Assembly: GCA_964016885.1 (NCBI GenBank)
Contig: OZ024741.1
Location: forward strand, 301,506,001-301,570,000
Source: Eledone cirrhosa
Lineage: Eukaryota
Length of the DNA stretch: 64,000 nt
Reading direction: 5' to 3'
The position numbers and the translations under genes are program-made. The notes beneath the pieces were generated by a model. The model did not search any database. It worked only from the letters and a program-made list of their open reading frames with translations, and was not told the DNA's origin. Shown here piece by piece: positions 51,567 to 64,000 of the stretch (its first letter is position 1; each line of letters begins with the position of its first letter).

Positions 51567-54189
51567 AAGAACAAAAGATGGTTAAAGGAGTTCCATGTAT
51601 TTTATTATGCGCATTTCAAAAACAAATATCATCATGCAATAATATTTGTGTTTTCATCAGATAAAACAGGTGGACATGATATGAAGGCTAAAAAACACTT
51701 GTGGATAGTTCAGTTTTAAATCAACATATGAGAAGTAGTTTTAGATTGATGTGTGATATTGGGAAAAATATTTTATTTAGAGGGGGGGGAAGGATGAAAA
51801 AAAGAGGAGGAGATGAGAGTGAAGGTGGAGAGGGAGGAGTATAGTGAGGAAGGATGAGATAGGAGGAGAGATGGGTGATAGAGAGAGAGAGATAGTTTTT
51901 ATAACTGAGAAAGATATATTGTTTTACACAGAGAGGTTGAAAACCGTTGGAAGATAATGTATAAATTAAAAGAATTTGAAAATTAACGAAGAGAACAATA
52001 TGTGCGAAGAAAGAGAAGGAGTTAATATGTATTGAGAATAATGAGTTAGATGATAGGGAGAAAAAAATAATGAATTGCGGATGAATATTCTAACGTCAAA
52101 AAAAAATGTATATGTTTACGAAGGATTTTTATAAGGTGATATAGAGTAAGAATGTGTTGTATTATGTAATAATTGATTCTATGTTAGGCAAGAGTGAGAA
52201 AAGGTACAGATTAGGGGTTAGATATTAGAAGAGAAGAAAAAGAATTGATAAATATGGGTCATGTAGAAAGAGTCAACAAGTATTATAGAAATTTGAAAAT
52301 TAACGAAGAGAAAAATAATGTAAAGTTAAGGTTTGTATATTGAAGGATTTGAGAAAAATAATGTAAAATTAAGGTTTGTATATTGAAGGATTTGATAATA
52401 CGTGCGAAGAAAAAGAAAATGTTAATATGTATTGAGAATAATGAGTTAGATGATAGGGAGAAAAAGAATAATGAATTGAGGATGAATAATCTTGCGTCAA
52501 AAAAAAAATGTATATGTTTACGAAGGATTTTACAAGGTGATATAGAGTAAGAGTAATGAGTAAACAAGTATTATAGAATGTATAATAACCTTTGAAATAA
52601 GGTAGAAAGTTGGGTATATTTTTAAAAGAAGTGTATATATATGTGCCTTTGAGAAAAAGATTCTAAATTGATAAAGAATTGAATATTAGCTGTATACTTT
52701 GTGAAATGTTTTACGGAATTTATGCAAGCAGATAGAAAACAAGTCAGTGCGTCTATTTATTATAGAATCTAGATTAGAGATAATGGTAAATTTTTCATTT
52801 AGACAGAGATTACAGAGATTACAAAAGATGCTATATTTAATGTTTTTGTCAGAGATTACAGAGATTACAAAAGATGCTATATTTAATGTTTTTGTCTTTC
52901 AAGGACCATATGAGTTCTGAGAGAGCCGTGTTGGTTCTTTTAAGTTTGTATTTAAAAGACGAATGATGGTTATAAAGACGAGCTTTAAAAGAGGTGGAAG
53001 TGGAGCCAAAATAGGTGAAGGAATTGGTGTCAGTTATAACTTTACATTCGTAAATTAAGTTTTTATCAAGACAATGGTTGTTGAGAGGACATTTATTTTT
53101 AATAGGGCAATTGCAATTGCAATTAGAGAGATTATTAATGAGTGACCTAGTGTTATCTATAGAAGGAATTGGATTGGAGAAGTTGTTTGCGATAGGAATA
53201 ATAGTTTCTTGATTTAGAGTGGGATTATGAACATTTAGCGAAGTTGTGTTTGACGTTGTATTTAGGTTTGTAGAAATTAGCCTAGGGTTTACAATGACGT
53301 CGGGAGTACTATTATTATGAAATTCAGTGTTTGAAGGAAGAGATTTAGTATTTAGTATTTTATTGTTGTGTTTAGAGATAATGTTGGAAATGTTGGAGGA
53401 TGTAGAATAAGAAAATTTTATGGTGTGTTTGTTAAATATTTTACTATAGATATGTGAGGGAGGGAAGCATTTATTTAAGGCACTAAAGAATAATGTAGGA
53501 ATATTGTTATTAATAGAGATGGAGAAAGGAGCATTATACCAGATTATGTTTTTGTATCTAGGTCTTTTATTAAAGTTATTGGAATGATCATGATTAATTA
53601 TTCTACTGTAAGTTCTTCTAGAATTTGTTTCTTTACTATATTTTATTTTATCAGGATAGCCGGCTTTAGAAAGCGCGTTATTATAGTAATTGGCGTTAGC
53701 ATCAAAGATGTTTTTATTAGAAGATAGGTTAGATATTCTTTTTCCAATATTACTAACTATAGCATTTTTGATATTAGTAGGATGGTTAGATTTAAAGTTA
53801 ACATAATTTAGGTTCTCATTGTTTTTATGGTAAGGGTAATATAGGCCAGTGTCAAGATTAAGAGATACATCCAAGAAATTAGCTAGTTTGATACTGTTAT
53901 CAAATTCAATTTTTAGGTTATGTTGGTTAAAGAGATTACGTATATTGTTCTTAATAATATTAAGGTTAACTATATTGCAATTTAAGATAGTAAAGAGTCC
54001 ATCGTCACGATAAATTCCACCGCGAAGTTGAGGAATTTTCCGACTCAAAGAGTTCAAAATAAAGATACCAATTAAATCATCTTTTGTTCTTATATATTAT
54101 GTATACTCCACTCCTACAAACTGTAGAATGCTTCTTATCCGATATCTGCATTGCTTTATTGTACTACAATAAAACTCACCTCCTACACA

Positions 54190-54190
<1 letters not shown>
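51567..54190 (-). mobile_element. 5'-truncated PLE (PLE-6), same family as PLE-4
   Basis: ORF 52849-54057 (GGIYRDDG, NFLDVS, NLIYEC..YFGST); 3' UTR matches 45566-46990. Confidence 0.9.
51599..51667 (-). ncRNA. Type-I hammerhead motif
   Basis: Same motif as 47497-47565. Confidence 0.8.
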
Positions 54191-54270
<80 letters not shown>

Positions 54271-55259
54271 ATAATAATAAATACATAAATACATAAATAA
54301 ATACATTTACATGCAGACACACAGAAGCAAACATTGTTTTCGTCTGACAAAACTAAAATATTCCAACATAAATATTTATATTTCTTAGATTTACAGAACG
54401 GAAATGCAGGAAATATATTAAGTAAATAAAGAAACAGAACATGTGTTATATTTATTAGAACATTAAATGTAAATGTTAGTTACACAAATTCAATTTTCGA
54501 TCTTATTCTACATAGAATACATTTTATGAACACCAAAATATTTCTATTTATCAACTAACACACACAACGTACCCTGAACTAATATGAAAAAAAGATCATG
54601 ACCTAGTAATTCAATTTCTTTCATTGGAGAACATTTAAGTTTTAGCATAAATTTGAGCTCTAATCAAATCTATTATACATTAAACATAATTTCTTATTCA
54701 TTTCCAATAATCTACTTCAACCCTCTTAGTCAGAAGTTCCTGAACTAATACAAATGTTTTAACTACGTTATGAACATTAAGGTTAATCAATATACTCATT
54801 TGGCAATCAGGAACTATGCATTCTTCTTCCCATAATGTAATGTCGATGATTTTGACAGCAGTTGGTGAAAATTGGTTAACTTTGAACTTTCTATCCAAAC
54901 TTTTCTATAAATTAGTAATTTTCATACAATATAGATTCTTGAATATTTCTTATTTATTTCATACAATAACTTATTCATTTTGACATGGAAGATTTGAAAT
55001 AAGTTCCTTTTCTTTTTTTAGATTGCATCTCAAACAATTAGGTATTTGATAAAGATTTCATAGGATAGTGCAAAGTTCAATATCTAAATAGTGGACCTGG
55101 TAAGGGTGATGAGAAATATGTCCCGCATGTGCGATCCAACAGAATGAAAGAGACACATACATCACTTCATCCACCACATTCAGTTTTCTGGTGTTAAGAG
55201 AAAATATCAGAGTGTACAAAGCAACCATGGCTAAATTCTGGAGAATGATCCATTATGGA

Positions 55260-55775
55260 GAATGATCATGTTCGTCGATGCTACCTCTAGAGGTGAATTA
55301 GCATATCGTTTGAAGAGCTTTAGACAAAATGAACCTTAGGATTAAAGTAGTAGAAAACCCAGGAGCTACAATAAAATCCCAGACCAGTAGGACATAACCC
55401 TTTAAGAAAACACCTTGTACTGATAGAAGCGGTATAGTCTGTAAGATAAGCCCACAGATAAACTACAAAACTAGAAATGTAGTCTGTAGGGTATGATGTA
55501 CGGAAGGCCGATGTAGAAACAAGACAACGACATACATAGAAGAGACGGTCCGTAATATAGGAGAGAGATTATAGGAACACTGGCAAGAACTTAAGGAGGA
55601 TATAAACTCATCAGTGCTATACCAACAGGCCAAACTACAACACGGGAGTTCAATAGATAACATAGAAGTAATGATTTTATCCACGCATAGAAATGACACA
55701 ACAAGCAGACAAATTACGGAGGCCACATACTTAATAGAACATAGACCTAGCCTAAGCAGAAAACACAAGTAAAAT
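55260..55775 (+). pseudogene. Old degenerate PLE GIY-YIG fragment of a different clade
   Basis: Manual translation: FVDATSRGELA..KVVE.PG..NVVCRV*C...TYIEETVRNIGERL*EH...RQITEATYL. Confidence 0.65.
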
Positions 55776-58259
55776 AGTGACAACCTACAACTTAAGGACT
55801 GAAAATATAATAGGGACAAAAAAGCCACAACACAACAAAACAGCAAATGATACAAACCCACACAAACATAAAACATACATAGACATGACTAAAACAAAAA
55901 CACATATACGCACATACAAACACAGACGAAGGCGCAGGAGCAAACGCATGTGCAGACAGGAAATACGTAAAACGTACCACGAAACAAAGGCAAATTGGAA
56001 AAAGAGGAGGCACGAAACAGATAGTAATTGAGGAGATCACAGAATGTGTGACGAAAGAACTTTGACAAACGAATGAATAACTAACAATAAAAATAAAGAT
56101 AAAGTGGAAATTATATAGTTCGTGTGTTTGTTTCTATTGGCGATATTGGCAACATGACCATCCCCAAATATAACAATATATATATTTATTACTAGGAAAA
56201 TATCCCACCGACAAAATACGTTGCTAAATATTAAATGAAACCAATTCGATCCCATAATTTCTATAATGAAACTAACTTTATAAATGAAGCTTAAGTCAAG
56301 AATTCGAGCTTAAATCAAACATTCGTTGAGCGACGACAGTTCCCCAATTAACAACTCGTGTGCAGTTATTTTAATAATTCACACAAGAAAGTATGTGCGT
56401 CACAAAACGTTCTCATATTTTACATCAATCTGAAAATGTGTTCTCTGTATGGCGTACATATTGCTTCGAGAATTGCTTTAGAGATCTGGTACCATTATTA
56501 ACTTTTGAGGTGAATGCACTAAACATATATCTCTCAAAAACTTTAATAAAAGCTGAATTTTGCAATTACTCATTTCCGATATGAAGGTATATTAGAAAAG
56601 AACTCATAATATTCCCTACATTTCCAATATTACACATCGTAATTATGTTATTCAATTATTCGTTTTCTATTTATCTGCACATCTAAATACAAAACGAAAT
56701 ACATGTTTGATATATTAGCTTTCCAAATATTACCTTTCATCTACGATAATATTAAAAATGCTTTAACTTTCTATTTTTCTGCCATACAAAATCACAAGGG
56801 AAGTTTACGTATACGTCAGTGTATTGTATAACAGATATGTACTTGAGATTTTGATTAGAAATTTTGGAGGAATTACTTTACGACGATCTCTAAAGTCAGG
56901 AAAAAATTAGTATAAACTATAATTAAAATTCAGGTATCATATCTACAGTAGGATTTTCATAACCGTTAAAAAATGAATCACTTGATAAAATACTGGTGTT
57001 TCCAAAATTGCTACCAAATATAGTTAAGTGTCCCTGATATCGGGAACATGTGAACAAGGTTCTCGGTAAGGGATTATTATGATCTGATAGCATGTCAAGA
57101 CCCCTCCCCCTACATTCCCCAAAGTAAACTTGAAACTTTTTCCAATCTCCATCTACTTCTCTAATATTCCTTGTCCCCGATACACACTAAAGCTTGCACA
57201 TTACTACTTACTAACATGGAACGAATCATTCAACACCTCTCTAAAAGCCAGCATCGGTCATTAGACTCGCACGGAATTTTCAAATTTCATTCTAAACGGG
57301 GTGTCTGACCATATGTACATTCCTCTATCTGCGCAGCGTGTCCATAATACATATCTATCAACAAAAAGATCGTGTGAAATCAACATTGAAGGCACCCGCG
57401 CCAAATACTTCAGAGAGTATGAAAGGATATTGATATCATAGATGTAACGAGGGATATTGCGGAATAGATGGTAGTGGGTGGAAATATTCTGAAAGCGATA
57501 GAAGGAGCAGATATAGTTGACTGGGTAGATACATTTGGTGATAAATGAACTGGAATTAATGATAATGTCAAGGTTGAAACCAATCATTCACTAGCTACAT
57601 CTATTTACATCTGTCTATAGCAACTATTTTGATGCAATAATTAAATCATTGATCGATAAACATTTCAAATATTTAAGTACACAACAAAATGTCAATATCC
57701 CAAAATCTGCAACCGGATGACTAATGTCTCATCTCTATTAATTCAAGTGAGAAGCACAACGCTTGCAAAAAAATCATCCGTCGCGACCTTGAACTATGTT
57801 TATGCAGTGCTACTGTACAATTGTCATTCAAAACGAACATGATACCTCACTTTATAAATAAAAATTATTTTTGGATAAAGATTATTTCTATCATTACACA
57901 CTACTTCTTTTATCTAATTCTTGACTACGAGAGATCGATAATCAGAACTCCCACTGGAGAAAGCTTCGATGTTGCTGGCCATTTTTATTCTAGATTGAAA
58001 ATACTGCACACACCACAAAGGTTATAACTGCACAAAATCATAATTGCCAACAATTCCGAACAAATTGTGAAAGGCAACCGATCCTAATGTACTAATAATA
58101 TCCATTTCATGACCATCAAACAACGTGACTCACACGTTACCAAACACTTCATACTCTGTCCATTCTTATTTGTTATATTTCTCATGTATTGAGTACCGTG
58201 ATCTACAGTAATCACTGCCTCCTTACAATCATCATCATGTACCCGTAACTGACGCAGCC

Positions 58260-58520
58260 AGGCGTTGGGTGTCACTCTAAACGCTTTTGCAGTCAGTTGT
58301 TGCCTTTGGTCTCTATCCTCCATCATCCGTAGAATGGTCTCGGTGTTGTGATCAGTCCAGTCTTTGATATTGACGGACCAGGATTTACTTTGTCTGCTTC
58401 ATCTTCGCCCTCTCTCGACTGTGCCTGGAAGGATGGTTTTGTACAAGGAGTTATAGCTGAACATATGACCATAACAGGCAAGCTTACGTCTTTTCACTAC
58501 CGGAAGGAGTGGTTACTGTC
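58260..58520 (-). mobile_element. Degenerate RTE-like LINE 3' fragment
   Basis: Minus strand: RRKLACYGHM...TILPGTVERGRR....W..NIKDWT....LRMMEDRDQ. Confidence 0.6.
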
Positions 58521-59096
58521 TGGCAGCATATTTGTTAACTTGCTACCTGACAAAGCATTTCGAAAGCAGGGTGTAAAATGAGGGTAGTCTAGAACGTCTA
58601 GCAAATACATAGAAGTTCACCCGTCGGTTATTTTGTTTACTGTAAAAGGTATAGGCGTTATAGTATGCATTCAAGTGTTACATTTCAAATATTGAGAAAT
58701 TCAATGTATGATAAATCAAACCGCGTAAAATATGGAGAAATGCCATTTTCTACTTAAATCACTAATTTATAATAAATATGGGTGTTGAGGTGGACTTTGG
58801 TAATTTCAACCCCTACAAACGGTGCTGCTGGCCCTCCCGGGGTCACAGCGTCTAACACAAGCCAAAGCACTGTCCAGTGGAGTAAGACACAAAATTAAAC
58901 AATAATTTATATCAATTAAGCTATAACAAGTACGCATAGAATGTTATGTGACGTTACGAAAGTCTCATGAATGAAACAAAGGAAAATAAAAGATGAAAAG
59001 GAAAAGGAAGGAAAAAGATAAGAAGAAGAAAGTAAAATATGGTGTTAAAAAATGTAAGCCATTGAATTATTTATATATATATATATATATTATATA

Positions 59097-59665
59097 TGGA
59101 AAAGAATGAAACGAAATTTCATTTCTCACTCTTAGTACGGCTGATACCTAAATACAAGTATGTATACGTACATACATATATGTGTACAGACGCACAGTAG
59201 TATGTATATATATACATACATGCATACATATATATATATATGTACGTATGGGTTTACCGAACATTTATTATAATGTTCGGTTTGTTTGTAAACAAACAGC
59301 TCGAATTACGCCGTACAGAGCTCGGCAACCATCGTCGCCCTTTTGATCAATACTGACACAGGAACTGTGTACTAGTTTCAAGCTTATTAACTATCGTTAG
59401 CATCGTATACTTTTCTGTCAGATGATTGAACGTCTGAAAGTATATACTTTCCCTATGCATATTAACGGCTGAGCAGCCTAATTTGCATATCGAGTGAGTT
59501 AGTCGGCCGGACATACCGAAAACGATAAATGGAAAAGAATGAAACGAAATTTCATTTCTCACTCTTAGTACCTAAATACAAGTATGTATACGTACATACA
59601 TATATGTGTACAGACGCACAGTAGTATGCATATATATACATACATGCACACATATATATATATAT
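59097..59665 (+). repeat. ~140-bp direct repeat pair (59097-59240, 59529-59665) around a unique core
   Basis: atggaaaagaatgaaacgaaatttcatttctcactcttagtac...cagacgcacagtagtatg present twice. Confidence 0.85.
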
Positions 59666-61699
59666 AATTTGTTTGATACTTGTGTATAAAATAGACATGG
59701 ACTTGCGCCTTTTTTCAGAAGGCAAGGAGAAATGTATATTCAGACAAAATTATTTTCGTCCACCGAAATCGAGATATTATCAGAACAATCTGTATAGTGT
59801 GAAATTTGAATATCGATAAACAGTTCTGCTCTGCCGTTAGAGCATCACTAGTTTTCTTTTATTGTCTAGTTTATTTTATGTGTATATATTTTTTATATTT
59901 CCGTGTATGTTTATCAGTGCAGTTTCACTTTCCAGATCTTCTCATTCTTCTCACTATATCGAACTAAGAATATGTATCTTACAATGAATATATTTTAAAG
60001 AATATAACTGAAACTCTTAAATTTATATAATATAGTAAAGGGAATATTGATAGAATAGATTTAACTACCGTAAATTTCGAACCAGATGTTGCGAGAATGT
60101 ATAATAATTGCATTTGATGTTTCGTTTGTCAGTTCCTAAAGCAAATGACACACCTTTATGTATAATTTCAAAAAGAAATAATATAAATATATTTAAGAAG
60201 TATCCTCTCTTATTTATCTTTGAAAGTAAATGTCATTCTTATAATCATTGCAATATTATTGCTTCTTATAACTATTTAGTATTAAGAAAATGACAGGTAC
60301 ATTTGGATACTTATCCGTTCAGGTAATTACGGATTCCAATTTGGATGCCATTGTGCTCTGCGATAGAAATATTATCTGATATAATTGCGAAATTGAATTG
60401 ATATCAGACTTCACTTTAATGAGAGCTTTTCACGTGAGGATTCATGCAGATCTCACCGGAGCCACGCTTTGTTGGATGAAAACTATCATTATTGACTTCT
60501 CATTATTGTTAAACATCCGGTTTTTATTTCTATCTCCATACACCCAGTACATTCCAATTTAATTTCCTTGAACTAAACTAATGAATACTGTGATGCAATT
60601 TACCGAGCAAAATCAAAATTTTGAATTTATAATGGGAAAGTGGCAAATGGAATTGCGACTGATCGAATAATTTATTTTGTTTCATTTAAATAGATATTTC
60701 TTGGTAATTAAAAGAATTATTAGTAAAAAAAATAAATTTAATCTAGAATATTTAGTTTAGATTAAAATCTTAACAGATGGGAAATACGGAACAATTTCAC
60801 AAGAAAGTATATACTTCATCCCCATTTCATAGAAAGCATATTTAATGAACATATATCAAAGGTATAATATTATTGTATTGAACAATTCCCAAGATCTCTC
60901 AGCAGATCTGTCCATAATCATATTTTAGAAAAGGTTCGATACTCTAAACGAATCAGAGAACAGTGTTAATGAGGTTTTCGCTGCTCTAATTATTGTTCAT
61001 CAATATATATCTTTGATCACAAGCAAATGAGCTCTCTTAAAATGATACTTAAATTATCTCAAAGAAAATGTCCGATGGTTACTGTTTGCATCATTACATT
61101 TCTGGTCGATAAAATTTCCAAAACATATACCGTTAGGCATTTACTCTACAAATGTATCGTTTCTGCGATTCCATTGCCTGCTATATAGAAAACTGAACAC
61201 TTATGTTTGAAGGAAAACACTTCAGCTTCAAGCATCATCACTGAATAAGTCAAATATTCCAAAGTGCATTCCTGCAGCCACATCACTGTTAGATCAACAA
61301 GCCATGAAAGAGAATATGTAAAGCAGGGGGAGAAAAAAGGAGAGAAACAGTGATGAAAGAGAAAAAAAAACATTGGAGAATGTGTGTTTATATATTTTTA
61401 TATATATATATAAATATAATTCAAATTATAAGATATATATATATATAGAAAAAACCATGTATCGTTAGAGAAACACAGTATTTTGTACATATATATAAAG
61501 CATATAATCTGTAGGAAAAAGTACATACTTTAGGATAGAGAAGTTCTTATATTCCTTATGGTACCGTTTTACAGTTCGTAAAACATACATATATCTTATA
61601 ATTTGAATTGCTGATGTTCTAGACAAGCATCCATTGAGCTTTTCTATTGAGAAACATAATTATCACACATATTATAAATGTTATGGTACCTTACCTTAG

Positions 61700-61792
<93 letters not shown>

Positions 61793-62445
61793 CCGTATAT
61801 ATATGTATGTATATGTACATGTGTAACCGGTATTAAATTTATCCCATTGAGCATTACTCCGAAGGGTGAAATGCCGGTGCAAGATGCATATTAAAAATAG
61901 TTTTTTTTTTCAATATTTTATGCACATATACCAGCAAAAGGTCAAATAGAGCGTAATATGTCTGCTCGTCTTTCTAAGGGAAAATTTAATTTAGATATCG
62001 TGAAGCATACAGACGTAATATTTATTGCAAATTATTAATTGGAAATGTGTATATTAATTTTTCTCAAAATTTCCTTCACATCCTTCGCTATTCTGCATAA
62101 TAACAAAAATAATAATTCTGTATGCATTCGCATGTTTAGTTCGACATTTGCACGTGATTCCACTTCATCCATTTCTTATTATAATTGAATAAATAATATT
62201 TTACATTCAATATAATTTATTATCACCCGAAAATTCAGTTAACGTATACCTGCATAATTATAATTATTTTATCCTTTCTTTATTTTCATTTCCTTATCTA
62301 ACGTTTCATAAACTCAGCAATACATTTAAATTATATAGAAATATTGACACTTTCCACGGCATCAAATTTGAATATTTTCTTTACAAAATTTAAATCAACT
62401 ACCCGAATAGAGATTAATACAGTATATGCGTGTTGTGTGTGTGTG

Positions 62446-62519
<74 letters not shown>

Positions 62520-62524
62520 AGACG

Positions 62525-63352
62525 TAAAATAAGAAAATTATAAAAATTAACTTACTTACTAAAATTTCACTCCAACTAATTAGTTTCTGAAAGGGAATAA
62601 ACATGGTTTCCGAATGGAACACATGGAGAATGCCTTTCGTCATCAGGAAGTAAATTATCAGCTAAGTTCCCAGGCGATTCGTGGGCACAGGGAACTTATA
62701 CAAAAATAATTCAGTGGATGGAAAAAAGCAAGCGAGGACTAAATTCCAAGACATTGAAAAAATCACTGCCTACTTGGTGGGTGGCAAATTCAAAAGAATC
62801 AATCACGTGACATCGAGGGTAATCAGTGAGGAGTGGGGTGTTAAGAAGACAGTAGCCGAACTATTACTATGAACTATAGAAGCAGTTTTGGCAAATTTTT
62901 GCTCAACAAAATAATTTGGAGATAATTATAAAGAATTAGTATATCTACCAACATATATATACAGATGCATAACTATGCTAGCAAATATATAGGTTTTGCC
63001 TTAGTAACTTTGTGGTTCAATGCAAGGGAATGCAGAACAATTATATGAAAGATATAAAATAAGAAAATTATAAAAATTAACTTACTAAACTTTCACTCCA
63101 ACTAATTAGTTTCTGAAAGGGAATAAACATGGTTTCCGAATGGAACACATGGAGAATGCCTTTCGTCATCAGGAAGTCAATTCTCAGCTAAGTTCCCCGG
63201 CGATTCGTGGACACAGGGAACTTATACAAGAATAATTCAGTGGATGGAAGAAAGCAAGCGAGGACTAAATTCCAAGAAATTGAAAAAATCACTGCCTACT
63301 TGGTCGGTGGCAAATTCAAAAGAATCAATCCCGTGACATCGAGGTTAATCAG
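62525..63352. repeat. ~300-bp direct repeat pair (62525-62826, 63055-63352), pLTR-like, between (TA)n tracts
   Basis: High identity by eye; period ~530 bp. Confidence 0.85.
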
Positions 63353-63870
63353 GAATATGTAGTCAAAGATAAAGCTATATATATATATATATATATATAT
63401 ACGTGGAGAAATAAATATAGGAGAACAAACCGTTAAAACATGTTTATTTAAAATAGCACCTATGTATATATATATATAGATAGATAGATATAGATATATA
63501 TATATATATATATATACATATATAATAAAAATGGCGTAAACACAACACAATAGGAGGAAACATGATAATAGTACCACTGATAATGTTGCAAATGTACAAT
63601 GAAAGAACTTTGTTAGACTATATATATATATTTATATCTGTATTTTTAACCGTTGGTCAGTCAATGATAAACATTGATTGCCAAATAAATTAACTATGGA
63701 GATATAAAAGATGCAGAAGCGAAAACCAACCAAACAGTCAGTGTATTGAGTGTGTTCTGTTATTATTTCTGGCAATATTATTAGAACAATATGACCCTCC
63801 CCAAGTATAACAATATCTGTTTCGACACACGATTTCATATCAAAAACCTCACAAAACAAATTCATCGCCG

Positions 63871-63906
<36 letters not shown>

Positions 63907-63924
63907 GACGGCGATGAATTTGTT

Positions 63925-63959
<35 letters not shown>

Positions 63960-64000
63960 CTTAGTGTGTATATATATATGTAATATAACATGTATGTGTG

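Noticed and set aside
54698-57587. Short unique ORFs at 54698-54898 and 57261-57587
   Set aside because: No recognisable domain or splice structure
59419-59452. CAGATGA...GAAAGTATATACTTTC palindrome as a hammerhead
   Set aside because: Core mutated, and stems I and II do not pair

Overview
Eukaryotic, AT-rich, microsatellite-laden, essentially gene-free DNA. The SINE sequences resemble octopus SINEs from memory, so this is probably a cephalopod genome (inference). The window is a nest of retroelements: (i) at least eight Penelope-like elements (PLEs; RT plus C-terminal GIY-YIG), mostly sitting in (TA)n tracts and often carrying an inverted copy of their own 3' end; (ii) a 12.7-kb head-to-tail stack of four Tx1/L1-clade LINE copies, each bounded by (AAT)n, with the empty pre-insertion site visible in a paralog about 4 kb away; (iii) RTE-clade fragments, two non-autonomous Helitrons and tRNA-derived SINEs. 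Reading the non-coding termini by eye gave about 18 copies of type-I hammerhead ribozyme motifs in about nine sequence families. These include U3-A8 core covariants, a GCAA-for-GAAA variant, branched or enlarged stem II variants, and hammerhead modules with no associated ORF. No intact host gene could be supported. All folds and homologies were done by eye; no searches were run.
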